A stretch of DNA of 64,000 nucleotides from an uncultured Thermoleophilia bacterium (GTDB lineage Bacteria; Actinomycetota; Thermoleophilia; UBA2241). The position numbers and the translations under genes were made by a program. Below the pieces are notes generated by a model, which did not search any database, had not been told where the DNA came from, and saw nothing but the letters and a program-made list of their open reading frames with translations. Positions 27,272-37,127 of this stretch are shown piece by piece. Location: the NCBI GenBank assembly GCA_963705205.1, contig CAVPJG010000008.1:72-64071 (forward strand), in the 5' to 3' direction. Each line of letters begins with the position of its first letter. Position 1 is the first letter of the stretch.

Positions 27272-28336
27272 ATGAAAGGCCTCATCCTGAGCGGCGGCGC
27301 GGGAACGCGTCTGCGGCCCATCACCCACACCGCCGCCAAACAGCTCGTGCCGGTGGCCAACAAACCGGTGCTCTTCTACGGCTTGGAGGCCATGAAGGCC
27401 GCGGGGATCGACGAGGTCGGCATCGTCGTCGGCGAAACGCACGCCGAGATCGAGGCCGCGGTCGGCGACGGCAGCCGGTTCGGGCTCGCGGTCACGTACC
27501 TGCCGCAGGAGGCGCCGCTGGGCCTCGCGCACGCGGTACTCATCAGCGAGGCGTTCCTCGGCGACGAGCCGTTCGTCATGTACCTCGGCGACAACCTGCT
27601 CAAGGAGGGCATCTCGCCGTTCGTGCGGACGTTCGAGCAGAACGACCCGGACGCGCTGATCCTCCTGCAGAAGGTCGCCGACCCGCAGAGCTACGGTATC
27701 GCCGAGCTGGACGGCGACGGCCGCGTCGCGCGGCTCGTGGAGAAGCCGGCCGAACCGCGCAGCGACCTCGCCCTGGTGGGCGTGTACCTCTTCACGCCGG
27801 CCGTCTTCGACAGCGTCAAGGCCATCACGCCCAGCGCCCGCGGCGAGCTCGAGATCACCGACGCCATCCAGCACATGGTCGAGCGCGGTCTACGCGTCGA
27901 GCCGCACGTGGTCACCGGCTGGTGGAAGGACACGGGCAAGCTCGAGGACATGCTCGAGGCCAACCGGCTGGTCCTCAGCACCATCGCGCGCGACGTCCAC
28001 GGCGAGCTTCACGAGACGACCCTCGAGGGGCCGGTGCAGGTCGGCGAAGGCACCCGGCTCGAGCGCTGCACCGTGCGCGGCCCGGTGGTCATCGGCGCCG
28101 GGTGCCGGCTCACGGACACCTTCGTCGGCCCGTACACGTCCATCAGTGACGGCGTGGTCGTCGAGCACGCCGAGCTTGAGCACTCGATCGTCCTCGAGAA
28201 CAGCCGCATCTCGCACCTGGGTACGCGCATGGCCGACAGCCTCATCGGCCGCGACTGCGTCATCGCTCGCAGCGACGCCCGCCCGGTCGCCTACCGCTTC
28301 CTGGTCGGCGACTGTTGCCAGATCGGCATCCTGTAG
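27272..28336 (+). CDS. rmlA: glucose-1-phosphate thymidylyltransferase (long form with C-terminal left-handed beta-helix)
   Basis: MKGLILSGGAGTRLRPITHTAAKQLVPVANKP..., PLGLAHAV, EKP, hexapeptide-like C-terminus. Confidence 0.9.
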   Translation: MKGLILSGGAGTRLRPITHTAAKQLVPVANKPVLFYGLEAMKAAGIDEVGIVVGETHAEIEAAVGDGSRFGLAVTYLPQEAPLGLAHAVLISEAFLGDEPFVMYLGDNLLKEGISPFVRTFEQNDPDALILLQKVADPQSYGIAELDGDGRVARLVEKPAEPRSDLALVGVYLFTPAVFDSVKAITPSARGELEITDAIQHMVERGLRVEPHVVTGWWKDTGKLEDMLEANRLVLSTIARDVHGELHETTLEGPVQVGEGTRLERCTVRGPVVIGAGCRLTDTFVGPYTSISDGVVVEHAELEHSIVLENSRISHLGTRMADSLIGRDCVIARSDARPVAYRFLVGDCCQIGIL

Positions 28337-28370
28337 ACACACCCCGGCGGTCACGGGGAGGAGGGATCCA

Positions 28371-28859
28371 ATGATCGACGGCGTCATGGTCAAGCAGCTC
28401 AAGGTGATTCCCGACGAGCGCGGTCGCCTCATGGAGTGCCTGCGCTGCGACGACGACCTCTTCGTCCGCTTCGGCCAGTTCTACATGACGACCACGTTCC
28501 CCGGCGTCGTCAAGGGGTGGCACCTGCACGACTCCCAGTGGGACAACATCGTCTGCGTCAAGGGCATGATCAAGCTCGTGCTGTTCGATGGCCGCGGAGC
28601 CGCAGGCGACGCGGCCGCGCCCGGGCACGAGACCTCGCCGACGGCCGGCCAGATCGACGAGTTCTTCCTCGGCGAGCACCGGCCGCTGCTGGTGCGCGTC
28701 CCGCCCGGCCTCTGGCACGGCTGGAAGTGCGTCGGCACCGACGAAGCCTACATCGTCAACGCGCCGACCGAGGTCTACCGGTACGACGACCCCGACCAGC
28801 GAGAGCTGCCGCACGACAGTGACGCCATACCCTACGACTGGGGCGTCAAGCTGCGCTAG
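28371..28859 (+). CDS. RmlC-like cupin (dTDP-4-dehydrorhamnose 3,5-epimerase family; ketoisomerase not excluded)
   Basis: GGGGAGGAGGG precedes ATG 28371. VIPDERGRLMEC...GVVKGWHLH...WHGW. Sits between rmlA and rmlD. Carries a Gly/Ala-rich insert GRGAAGDAAAPGHETSPTAGQ. Confidence 0.7.
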   Translation: MIDGVMVKQLKVIPDERGRLMECLRCDDDLFVRFGQFYMTTTFPGVVKGWHLHDSQWDNIVCVKGMIKLVLFDGRGAAGDAAAPGHETSPTAGQIDEFFLGEHRPLLVRVPPGLWHGWKCVGTDEAYIVNAPTEVYRYDDPDQRELPHDSDAIPYDWGVKLR

Positions 28860-28878
28860 GCGCGGCCGGCGAAGCTGC

Positions 28879-29724
28879 ATGCCGCGCTGGTTCGTCACAG
28901 GGGCCGGAGGCCAGCTGGCCACCGCCTTCTCGCGCGTCCTCGAGGGCGAGGTGTTCCTCAGCCACGAGGCCACGCTCGACATCCGCGACGCCGAGGCCGT
29001 GCGGACGGCCGTGCACGCGTTCGCCCCCGACGCCGTGCTGCACTGCGCCGCCTATACCGACGTGGACGGCGCCGAGGCCGACCCGGCGACGGCCGAGGCG
29101 GTCAACCTGCTCGGCACGCGCAACGTGGTACAGGCAGTGCGCGGCACGCACACGGCAGTGGTCTACTTCAGCACCGATTACGTGTTCGACGGCAAGAAGA
29201 CGGCGCCGTACGTGGAGAGCGACCGCACCCGGCCGCTCAACGTGTACGGGCGCACCAAGCTCGCCGGTGAGCGGGAAGTGCTGAGCTGGGTGCACGGCAT
29301 CGTCTTCCGCACCGCCTGGCTGTTCGGCGAGACCGGCCGCAACTTCGTGAAGACGATCCTCGCCGTGGCGCGGGAGCGCGCCGGGACCGGCGAGCCCCTC
29401 CGGGTCGTGGACGACCAGGTCGGCTCGCCCACGTACGTCGGCCACCTGGCAGCGGCCGTCGACGAGGCGCTGCAGCGGGGCATCAGCCCCGGCCTCTACC
29501 ACCTCGCGGGGAGCGGGTACTGCTCGTGGTGCGAGCTGGCCGGCGAGATCGTCGACCTCGCCGGCCTCGACGTGGAGGTCGAGCCGATCACCACCCGTGA
29601 GGCGGGCCGGCCGGCGCGCCGGCCGGCCTTCTCGGCGCTCGACACCGAGCGCCCCATCCCCCGCCTCCCCCACTGGGCGGACGGCGTGGCCACGGCCGTC
29701 GACAATCTCATCCCGCTCGGATAG
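28879..29724 (+). CDS. rmlD: dTDP-4-dehydrorhamnose reductase
   Basis: MPRWFVTGAGGQLA..., STDYVFDG, YGRTKLAGE. ATG 28879 within ORF 28588..29724. Confidence 0.85.
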   Translation: MPRWFVTGAGGQLATAFSRVLEGEVFLSHEATLDIRDAEAVRTAVHAFAPDAVLHCAAYTDVDGAEADPATAEAVNLLGTRNVVQAVRGTHTAVVYFSTDYVFDGKKTAPYVESDRTRPLNVYGRTKLAGEREVLSWVHGIVFRTAWLFGETGRNFVKTILAVARERAGTGEPLRVVDDQVGSPTYVGHLAAAVDEALQRGISPGLYHLAGSGYCSWCELAGEIVDLAGLDVEVEPITTREAGRPARRPAFSALDTERPIPRLPHWADGVATAVDNLIPLG

Positions 29725-29745
29725 GAAGACCGGAGGAGGCACAAC

Positions 29746-30747
29746 GTGAGGCTCGTGGTCACCGGCGGCGCCGGGTTCATCGGATCCAACTTCGTGCGCT
29801 ACATGCTGGCCCGGCACGACGACGTCGAGATCGTGAACCTCGACAAGCTCACCTACGCCGGCAACCTCGAGAACCTGCGCGACGTCGAGGACGACCCGCG
29901 CTACAGGTTCGTACGCGGCGACATCTGCGACGCGGCCGTCGTCGGTGAGACGCTGCGCGGCGCCGACGCCGTCGTCAACTTCGCGGCGGAGACCCACGTC
30001 GATCGCTCCATCAGCGGCCCGCAGGACTTCATCCGCACGGACGTCCTCGGCACCCACACCCTCCTCGAGGCGGTGCGCCGGCTGGAGATCCCGCGTTACC
30101 TGCAGATCAGCACCGACGAGGTCTACGGCAGCACCGAGACGGGGGCGTTCACCGAGGAGTCTGACCTCGACCCGTCCAGCCCGTACTCCGCGAGTAAGGC
30201 GGGCGCCGACCTGCTCGTGCTCGCCTACCACCGCACCTTCGGCGCGCCGGTGCTCATCACGCGCAGCTCCAACAACTACGGCGCCCGGCAGTACCCCGAG
30301 AAGATCGTCCCGCTGTTCATCACCAACGCCATCGACGACCTGCCGCTGCCCGTGTACGGCGACGGGCTCAACGTCCGCGACTGGCTCTACGTAGAGGACA
30401 ACTGCGCCGGCATCGACCTCGTGTTGCGCGAGGGCGTGCCGGGCCACGTCTACAACATCGGCGGCGGCAACGAAGTGCAGAACCTCACGATCACGCACCG
30501 CATCCTCGAGCTGCTGGGCAAGAGCCCGGAGCTGATCCGTTTCGTCGCCGACCGCCCCGGCCACGACCGGCGGTACGCCATCGACTGCTCGAAGCTCGGG
30601 ACTCTGGGCTGGCGCCCGGAGGTGCAGTTCGAGGCCGGGCTCGCGCGCACGGTGGATTGGTACCGCGACAATCCAGGGTGGTGGCGGCCGATCAAGTCGG
30701 GGGAGTGGCGCGCCTACTACACCCGCCAGTACGGCGAGATCGCCTGA
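29746..30747 (+). CDS. rmlB: dTDP-glucose 4,6-dehydratase
   Basis: 333 aa: VTGGAGFIGSNFV, ISTDEVYG, YSASKAGADLL, RPGHDRRYAID. Confidence 0.92.
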   Translation: MRLVVTGGAGFIGSNFVRYMLARHDDVEIVNLDKLTYAGNLENLRDVEDDPRYRFVRGDICDAAVVGETLRGADAVVNFAAETHVDRSISGPQDFIRTDVLGTHTLLEAVRRLEIPRYLQISTDEVYGSTETGAFTEESDLDPSSPYSASKAGADLLVLAYHRTFGAPVLITRSSNNYGARQYPEKIVPLFITNAIDDLPLPVYGDGLNVRDWLYVEDNCAGIDLVLREGVPGHVYNIGGGNEVQNLTITHRILELLGKSPELIRFVADRPGHDRRYAIDCSKLGTLGWRPEVQFEAGLARTVDWYRDNPGWWRPIKSGEWRAYYTRQYGEIA

Positions 30748-30760
30748 GCGGAAGCGTCGC

Positions 30761-31222
30761 GTGGCGGACACCGTGACGACCGGCATCCCGGAAGGGTACA
30801 GACTCGAGCGGCGCCCGCCGACCGCCCGGGAGCTGCGGGCGCTCAACGATGCGGTCGGCTGGACCGACCTCCCCGCGGACGACGACGCCGTGACGCGAGG
30901 CCTCACGGCCTCGCTCTTCGGCGTCGTCGTGCTCACCACCACCGGCGAGGCCGTGGGCTCGGCGCGCTTGGTCGGCGACGGCGGAGTGTACTTCTACGTA
31001 CAGGACCTCATCGTCGCTCCGGCCCACCAGGGCCGGGGGCTCGGCGACCTCCTTCTGGACCAGGTCCTCACGCACCTGGAGCGCGCCGCGCCGGACGGCG
31101 CGTTCGTCGGCCTCATGGCCGCAGAGGGCAAGGCCGGCTTCTACGCGCGTCGCGGGTTCGCCGTCCGGCCGCTGGACGGCCCCGGCATGAGCCTGACGTG
31201 GCGGTCCGGCGCCGGAAGGTGA
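30761..31222 (+). CDS. GNAT-family N-acetyltransferase
   Basis: 153 aa: VQDLIVAPAHQGRGLGDLLL (acetyl-CoA motif A), FYARRGF. Confidence 0.8.
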   Translation: MADTVTTGIPEGYRLERRPPTARELRALNDAVGWTDLPADDDAVTRGLTASLFGVVVLTTTGEAVGSARLVGDGGVYFYVQDLIVAPAHQGRGLGDLLLDQVLTHLERAAPDGAFVGLMAAEGKAGFYARRGFAVRPLDGPGMSLTWRSGAGR

Positions 31223-31329
31223 GACCGTGGCGTCGGATGGTCTTCGGCACAGGTCGGGAGCGGCGACACGTGCCGCAGTGAGGGATCCGGACCGTGACCA
31301 GCGCGGAGACCAGGCCGGCGCCGGGCCGG

Positions 31330-32364
31330 TCAGCGCAGGTTGTGCACGTGCGTCCCGCGCGGCGTGCGCGCGTACAACCACAACGCCTGGCTGTTGTACA
31401 TGCGCGCACAGCCGTGGGAGAAGTCGCGAGGGGCAGGGCGACTGAGCAGCCACGGTTCGTTCGTGCCGTGGATGGCGATGCCGCCCGCGCGGCGATAGAA
31501 CATGGCGCAGGAGCCGAGCGCGCCGCCGGCAGGCTTGCGCTTGCCGTACACGCGATAGTAGCCGAGCGGGGTGCGGTAACCCGGGCGCCCGAGCGCCACG
31601 TTGAAAGCCCGGATGAGGGCGCCGTGCTCGTAGTAGTACAGCCGGTACTCGTGGCGGACGATCACGATGTAGTGCGCGTACCGCATCGGCACTTTGTGGG
31701 CGTTCGGCCGGTTCACGGTGACGAGCTCCGAAGCGGCTGTCGCGCTCTCGTGCCCGACGTCGGCGTCCATGCGGGCGCGCAAGCGGAAGTAGCCGAAGGC
31801 GCCGGGCGTCCACGGAAGCGCGAAGCGCGAGTCGGCGTTCAGCGCAGCGGTGAGGAACGGCTGCCAGACGCCGTCGACCCGGCGGTCGATAGTCACGGTC
31901 CCGCCGGGATGCGCCGGCGCGACCGTGCCCCGCAGCACGACTGAGCCGCCCAGCCAGAGACCATCGGGGAATGCGGTCGTCAAGCGGGGGCGCACGCGCA
32001 GGCTCACGTCCACCTGCGCCGCCGGCTGGCCGGCAGGTTCGTACGCGACGCGGTACTCTGTAGAGACTGACGGCGCGACGGTGAAGCTGAATGCGCCGTC
32101 ACCACCGGCCGTCGTGGACCCCGCGGGCGTCCAGTCCGCGGCGCCGGCCGGGAGCGCGAGCAGGGAGAGCGCGGCGCCGGGCACGGGGGCCGCACCGCTG
32201 ATGGTCGCCGACCCTGGGTAGACGATGTACGGGCTGGAGATCGTCGCGGTGAGCGCCACCGGCTCCGCGGCGGCGGCCGGGCCTGCGAGGAGGAGCGCGA
32301 GAGCGCAGACGGCCAGCAGAACGGTCGCCAGCGCGGACAGGTGGGGGCGGACGGTCAGGGTCAC
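31330..32364 (-). CDS. L,D-transpeptidase (YkuD domain) with N-terminal Ig-like region
   Basis: Signal/TM ALATVLLAVCALALLLAGPAAA. C-terminal YkuD block IAIHGT...FSHGCARM. Confidence 0.85.
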   Translation of the reverse strand: MTLTVRPHLSALATVLLAVCALALLLAGPAAAAEPVALTATISSPYIVYPGSATISGAAPVPGAALSLLALPAGAADWTPAGSTTAGGDGAFSFTVAPSVSTEYRVAYEPAGQPAAQVDVSLRVRPRLTTAFPDGLWLGGSVVLRGTVAPAHPGGTVTIDRRVDGVWQPFLTAALNADSRFALPWTPGAFGYFRLRARMDADVGHESATAASELVTVNRPNAHKVPMRYAHYIVIVRHEYRLYYYEHGALIRAFNVALGRPGYRTPLGYYRVYGKRKPAGGALGSCAMFYRRAGGIAIHGTNEPWLLSRPAPRDFSHGCARMYNSQALWLYARTPRGTHVHNLR

Positions 32365-32380
32365 GAGCGAGGCCGGGGCG

Positions 32381-33709
32381 TCAGGGCAGGGCCGGGGCGG
32401 GCGAGGCGGACGCCGGGGTGACGGAAGCCGTCGGGGACGGCACGGGGGCCTCGGACGAGCGTGCGGCGGACGCCTGCGAGGACGTGGGCGACGGCGACGG
32501 CGACGGGGTCGTCACCACGAGCTCCGCCGGCGTGAGCACGCGGCGGCCCCAGGCGAACGCCGCCTTCCAGTAGCTGGAGTTGTTGAGCGACGCCAGGGTC
32601 ACGCCGTCGCTGGAGCCGGTGGAGTGGATGAACCAGCCGCGGCCGAGGTACAGGCCGGCGTGGTAGATGGATCCCACCGTCGAGCTCGGCCCGTTGCCGC
32701 CGAAGAAGATCAGGTCGCCGCACTTGAGCTGACTCCGGGTGATGCGCGGCTTGGCAGCTGCGGCCATGTCAGAGGCGCCGCGCTGGTTCAGGGTGATGCT
32801 CGTGTAGCCGAAGTGCATCCGCATCACGTAGAAGACATACCCGGAGCAGTCGAAGCCGCCGGACGCCTGGGCGCCGTACGGCGAGTCCTTGGCGGGGTAC
32901 TCGCCGGCCCAGACGTACGGGTAGCCCACGTACTTGAGCGCGAACCTGACGACCTGCTTCTGGCGGTCGCTGAGCGACGGGAAGGTCACCACACTGAACC
33001 CGCCGAGGCCGTAGAGCTGCCACTCGCCCGCCACCTTGTACGCCCTGGAGAGCATGTAGGCCACCTCGGCCCGGTCGATCGGCTCGCCGGGGGTCGACTC
33101 GTGCGCATCCGCGCCGAGTGGGTGGTTGTAGCGCAGCATCAGCTGCCGTGAGGCGACGATGGCGGGGAGGTAGGAGGGCGCACCCGTCGTCCATCCTTCG
33201 TTCGGTTGCCAGCGCGAGGGCGCCAGAGTGCTGAGCAGCGACCAATCGTAGGACGAGTACCGCTCCCTCAGCCAGCGGACCATCACGGTCTCGGCGGCGG
33301 CGGCGCTCACCTTCTCCGTTGGGCGGAAGTTGCCGTCCTTGTCCACGCCCATGTAGCCGAGGTGAACGGCCATCTGGATCACGGAGGAGTAGCGGTAGCC
33401 CTTGGGGACGTCGGCGATGTCCACGGGCGTGATGCTCTCCCCGTAGTGGCCCGAGGCGAGGACGACGGAGCGCGCGAGGAGCTCCCGCGTGATCGCGCGC
33501 TCCGGCCGGAACAGGGTCTTGTAGTCGTCCAGCAGGCGATGGCCGGCCACGGTGCGGTTGGTCACCGACGAGATGGCGGCGTAGGCCCAATGGCTCTTCG
33601 GCACGTCGGTGTACGCCTTGGCCGAGGCAGGGGCGGCGAGGGCGAGCAGGGTAGCCGCCGAGAGCGCCGTGAGCGTCAGGATGTGGAGGAGGATGCTGCG
33701 TGAGCTCAT
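32381..33709 (-). CDS. secreted NlpC/P60 peptidoglycan endopeptidase with SLH-like N-terminal repeats
   Basis: MSSRSILLHILTLTALSAATLLALAAPASA signal. FTDVP-like KAYTDVPKSHWAY and IADVPKGYRY repeats. Catalytic GGFDCSGYVFYV...IYHAGLYLG...FIHS. P/S/T-rich tail. ATG 33709 inside ORF 32381..33856. Confidence 0.85.
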   Translation of the reverse strand: MSSRSILLHILTLTALSAATLLALAAPASAKAYTDVPKSHWAYAAISSVTNRTVAGHRLLDDYKTLFRPERAITRELLARSVVLASGHYGESITPVDIADVPKGYRYSSVIQMAVHLGYMGVDKDGNFRPTEKVSAAAAETVMVRWLRERYSSYDWSLLSTLAPSRWQPNEGWTTGAPSYLPAIVASRQLMLRYNHPLGADAHESTPGEPIDRAEVAYMLSRAYKVAGEWQLYGLGGFSVVTFPSLSDRQKQVVRFALKYVGYPYVWAGEYPAKDSPYGAQASGGFDCSGYVFYVMRMHFGYTSITLNQRGASDMAAAAKPRITRSQLKCGDLIFFGGNGPSSTVGSIYHAGLYLGRGWFIHSTGSSDGVTLASLNNSSYWKAAFAWGRRVLTPAELVVTTPSPSPSPTSSQASAARSSEAPVPSPTASVTPASASPAPALP

Positions 33710-34004
33710 GTCTCGTACCGCTATCGGCGTCAAGGCCGGCTGCTTGAGCGCAGCCTGAGCCTGCCTCGCGGGCCTGGCCACGGTTTCGCCGCCGGGCTCG
33801 CCTTTCCCTGTGCTGGTCGCCGAGGGTAGCACGCGACGGATGGTGACGCCCCCCATCGCGGTCGCCGACCGGCGTGGGCGTCACCACGAGCCCCACGCCT
33901 CAAGAAGAGGAGACCGCGGGTCGATGCCAGAAGCAGTCACGACCACTGCAGGCCCGTTTGCCCCGCCGGAGCGGGGAAGGGTATCCTCGAGCGAGGAGGC
34001 GCCG

Positions 34005-35523
34005 GTGCCTCACGAGCCCATGCACACTCCGCACCCCACATCCCCAGCTCATCCAGCGACGTGCGCGTCGCCGCGTGGCAGCGGGCGCCGGAGCAAGCTC
34101 GCGCTCACCGGCGCCCTCGCACTCCTCGTCCTTCTCGTCGTGGCCGGACCGGCGGCCGCCCTCACGAGCCAGTACGCCTTCACCATCACCGGCCACGGCT
34201 GGGGACACGGCATCGGCATGTCGCAGTGGGGCGCCTACGGCTACGCCAAGCACGGCTGGACCTACAGGGCCATCCTGCGCGCACTACTACACCGGCATCT
34301 CGTTCGCGAACGTCGAGGACTCGGTCGTCCGTGTGAACCTGCGTAGCGGGCTCGGCGCCGTCAAGCTCACCTGCCCCAACGAGTACACGGTCCGGGGGAC
34401 CGGCGCCGAATGGACCATCCCTGCCGGCGCCACCGCGACCACGACCTGGACGAGCAGCGGCTACAAGGTCGTCGCCGGAGCCTTCAACAGGGTCTTCAGC
34501 GCCGCCCCGACCTTCACGCCGTCCAAGGGCGCGCTGCGCCTGATCACCAAGACGGACCTCGGCGATGACGGCGCCTACCGCGGCACGATCAAGGTCAGCC
34601 ACGTGAGCGGCGGCCTCATGATGGTCAACTGGGTGAGGCTCGAGAGCTACCTGCGCGGCGTGGTCCCGCACGAGGTGTCGTGGACCTGGCCGCGGGAGGC
34701 GCTCCGGGCCCAGGCCTGTGCCGCCCGCGCCTACGCGCTGGGCAGCCTCCAGCCGGACAAGTCGTGGGACGTCTACTGCGACGTCCGCGACCAGGCCTAC
34801 GCCGGTGCCGGCATCGAGCAACCCAGCACCAACGCCGCCGTGCGCGACACCGCGGGCGTCTGCCCGAGCTACGGCGGGAGGCCGATCCTGGCCACGTACT
34901 TCTCCAGCTCGGGCGGCCACACCGAGAGCATCGAGCTCGCGTGGCCGGGAGCATCGGCGATCCCCTACCTGAAGGGCGTTCCCGACCCCTACGACACGTA
35001 CGCCACGCTGCACGAATGGGGTCCGCTGCGCCGCACGCCGTCCCAGATCGGCGGGCCGCTCGGTGCCGCCGGGTCCCTCCGCGCCGTCTACGCCGTGGAC
35101 CGTGGCACGTCCCCACGCATCGTCAAGGCGGCGGTCATCGGCAGCGGCGGCACGACGTACGTCGACGGCAGCTCCCTGCGCATGAAGCTCGGGCTGAACA
35201 GCGCCTGGGCCGTCTTCACCAGCATGAGCGTCAGCCCCGCCGCCCGCGACAGGGCCGCCGTCGGCGCGGGCGCCAGCATCACGCTCAAGGGCCGCCTCTA
35301 CCCGGCGATCGCGGACGGGGCCCGGGTCTTTCTGCACGCCTACTACGGCGGCTCCTGGCACAGACAGGGAGTCGTCACCCAGCGCGTCACCGAGAGCCTG
35401 CCCGGCGCGTACACGGCGCGCTACTCCGCGTACAGCATCAGCGTCGCCCCGGCCGCCACCACCAGGTACTACTTCTCGAGCGGCAAGGCCAAGTCGCCGG
35501 TCACGACCATCAAGGTCGAGTAG
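34005..35523 (+). pseudogene. SpoIID/LytB-domain protein, single frame break near 34281 (or sequencing error)
   Basis: N-terminus in ORF 33810..34346 (signal LALTGALALLVLLVVAGPAAA, HGWGHGIGMSQWGAYGYAKHGWTYRAIL). Continues in ORF 33874..35523 (HYYTGISF...LESYLRGVVPHEV...YFSSSGGHTES). The junction ATCCTGCGCGCACTAC has one extra base. GGAGG lies 6 nt before GTG 34005. Confidence 0.75.
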
Positions 35524-35642
35524 CTCCGTACGCGCGGCGGCCCGGGCATGGTAGGGGAAGCCCGGGCCGCCTGTGCCCTCCGCGCGCCGGAACAGGATCC
35601 GCGGCCGGGAGGGCGAGCTTGAGCGTCACACGGACTGGTCGG

Positions 35643-36365
35643 TCAGCACGCTCCGTCCTGGAAGCCGAGATCGCGCAGGCGCAGCAGCTCCTCGGCGGTA
35701 CCCGGTGCGACCGGCGGCAGGTGGTGCCGCTGGATCTCGCCCTCGACCATGTAGAGCACGTCCTCGGCGATGTTGGTGGCGTGGTCCGCGAGCCTCTCGA
35801 GATAGCGGGCGACACTGAACAGCAGCACGATCGCATCGAGATGCTCGAGGTCGGCGCGGATCTCGCCTTTGAGCTCGTCGATCAGTTCCGCGTAGAGCTC
35901 ATCCACCTCATCGTCGGCCACGAGAACCTGCCGCGCCATAACCGCATCCTGGCGGACGAGGGCGTCGAGCGCCTTCTCGAGGATGGTCCAGGTGCGATCG
36001 GCCATCACGGCGACGTGGTGAGGCACGGCCACCGGGTGCTCGTCGACGAGCTGGAGGGCGCGCTCGGCGATGTTGGCGGAGAGGTCGCCGATGCGTTCCA
36101 GCTCGCTGTTGATCTTGATGACGGCGGCGACGAAACGCAGGTCGCCGGCCACCGGCTGGTAGAGCGCGAGGATCTTGAGGCACTCCTCCTCAACGTCGAC
36201 CTCACTCTGGTCGATCAGCACGTCTGTCTCGATCACGCGCCGCGCCTTGGCCTCGTCCCTCTGGTCGATCGCCTGGAAGGCGAGGCGGAGGTTCTCCTCC
36301 ACGATCGCGCCGAGGGCCAGTACCTTGCGTTTGAGCTTGTCTACCTCACGTTGAAGGTGTGCCAT
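35643..36365 (-). CDS. phoU: phosphate signalling complex protein PhoU
   Basis: 240 aa: two PhoU repeats (…ELERIGDLSANIAE… / …YLERLADHATNIAEDV…). Confidence 0.9.
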   Translation of the reverse strand: MAHLQREVDKLKRKVLALGAIVEENLRLAFQAIDQRDEAKARRVIETDVLIDQSEVDVEEECLKILALYQPVAGDLRFVAAVIKINSELERIGDLSANIAERALQLVDEHPVAVPHHVAVMADRTWTILEKALDALVRQDAVMARQVLVADDEVDELYAELIDELKGEIRADLEHLDAIVLLFSVARYLERLADHATNIAEDVLYMVEGEIQRHHLPPVAPGTAEELLRLRDLGFQDGAC

Positions 36366-36488
36366 CGTCCCCCCGCGCCTCGGCCGGTGCTTCGCTCGGC
36401 CGATGCACTGTCGGTGTCCGGATGCCCGCTGTCGCTTGTGTGTCGGCGCACGTCTGGGCCGCCGCGCGTGGAACCTACCTCCCAGGTA

Positions 36489-36505
36489 TTAGCGGACGGT
36501 TAGCG
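36489..36505 (-). promoter_or_regulatory. candidate Pho box upstream of phoU (two units, 11-bp phase)
   Basis: + strand: TTAGCGgacgGTTAGCG. Gene sense: CGCTAACcgtcCGCTAAT. TAGGTT (36477..36472) lies 11 nt downstream as a TANNNT -10 candidate. About 125-140 nt upstream of ATG 36365. Confidence 0.45.
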
Positions 36506-36638
36506 TGGCGTCAAGCGGCGACGAGCCGGGCGCGAAGGAACGATGGGCGCGGCGGCCGGTCGTCGTGCGCCCGCCGGATTCACCGCGATGTCGTGCCCGG
36601 CTCACACCTTCCTAACATGCAGCGGGCAGGCTGTCGCC

Positions 36639-37077
36639 ATGCTCACTCGCGGCATGAAGATCCGGCGTCAACTCCGCAGCGTCCGCGCCTCCGCGCTGTC
36701 GGAGGAGGAGCGCCGGCAGGAGCTTCGCGAGGCCGAGGCGAGAGGCGCGCACGACGAAGGTGATGCGCCAGCCGAGCCTGCAGCGTCCCCCCGCGCCGCG
36801 GGCCAGGACAGCACGCCGAGGCCACCCGAAGCAGGGGCCGAGCGGGCCGGTGTCGACGAAGCCGACTGACGCCGGCCCGCCCGCGGCCACTCCTGCTCTC
36901 CCGGCGCTTACCGTCCGGCTCACCTGCGAGGTCTGCGACGAGGACCTGCTCGTCGCACCACCCCAGACAGCGGTGCGCTACGGAGCCATCGATTGTCCCG
37001 CCTGTGGCACCAGCTACCTCATCCTCTTGGAGCCACGCGGCAGACGGGGCCCGCGGCCGGCCACGAGCGCTGCCTGA
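36639..37077 (+). pseudogene. hypothetical protein with C-terminal Cys4 zinc-ribbon; either frame-shifted near 36850-36870 or two overlapping small ORFs
   Basis: MLTRGMKIRRQLRSVRASALSEEERRQELREAE... ends at TGA 36867-36869. The next frame carries ...LTVRLTCEVCDEDLLVAPPQTAVRYGAIDCPACGTSYLILLEP to TGA 37075-37077. A GTG at about 36849 could start the second part independently. Confidence 0.35.
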
Positions 37078-37127
37078 GGGCGCACGGCCCCTCGGGATGC
37101 CGGGATTCCCAGATCCGCGCGGCCGGC

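Noticed and set aside
33710-34004. Possible ydaO-type (c-di-AMP) riboswitch in the roughly 295-bp leader of the NlpC/P60 gene, a classic actinobacterial context
   Set aside because: The sense-strand leader has GGGGGGCGUCACCA and AGCCCGGCGGCGAAACCG segments vaguely like the consensus. It lacks the highly conserved ...CCGACAGCUAACCUCGUAAGCG-like core as I recall it. A covariance-model search (Rfam RF00379) would settle the question.
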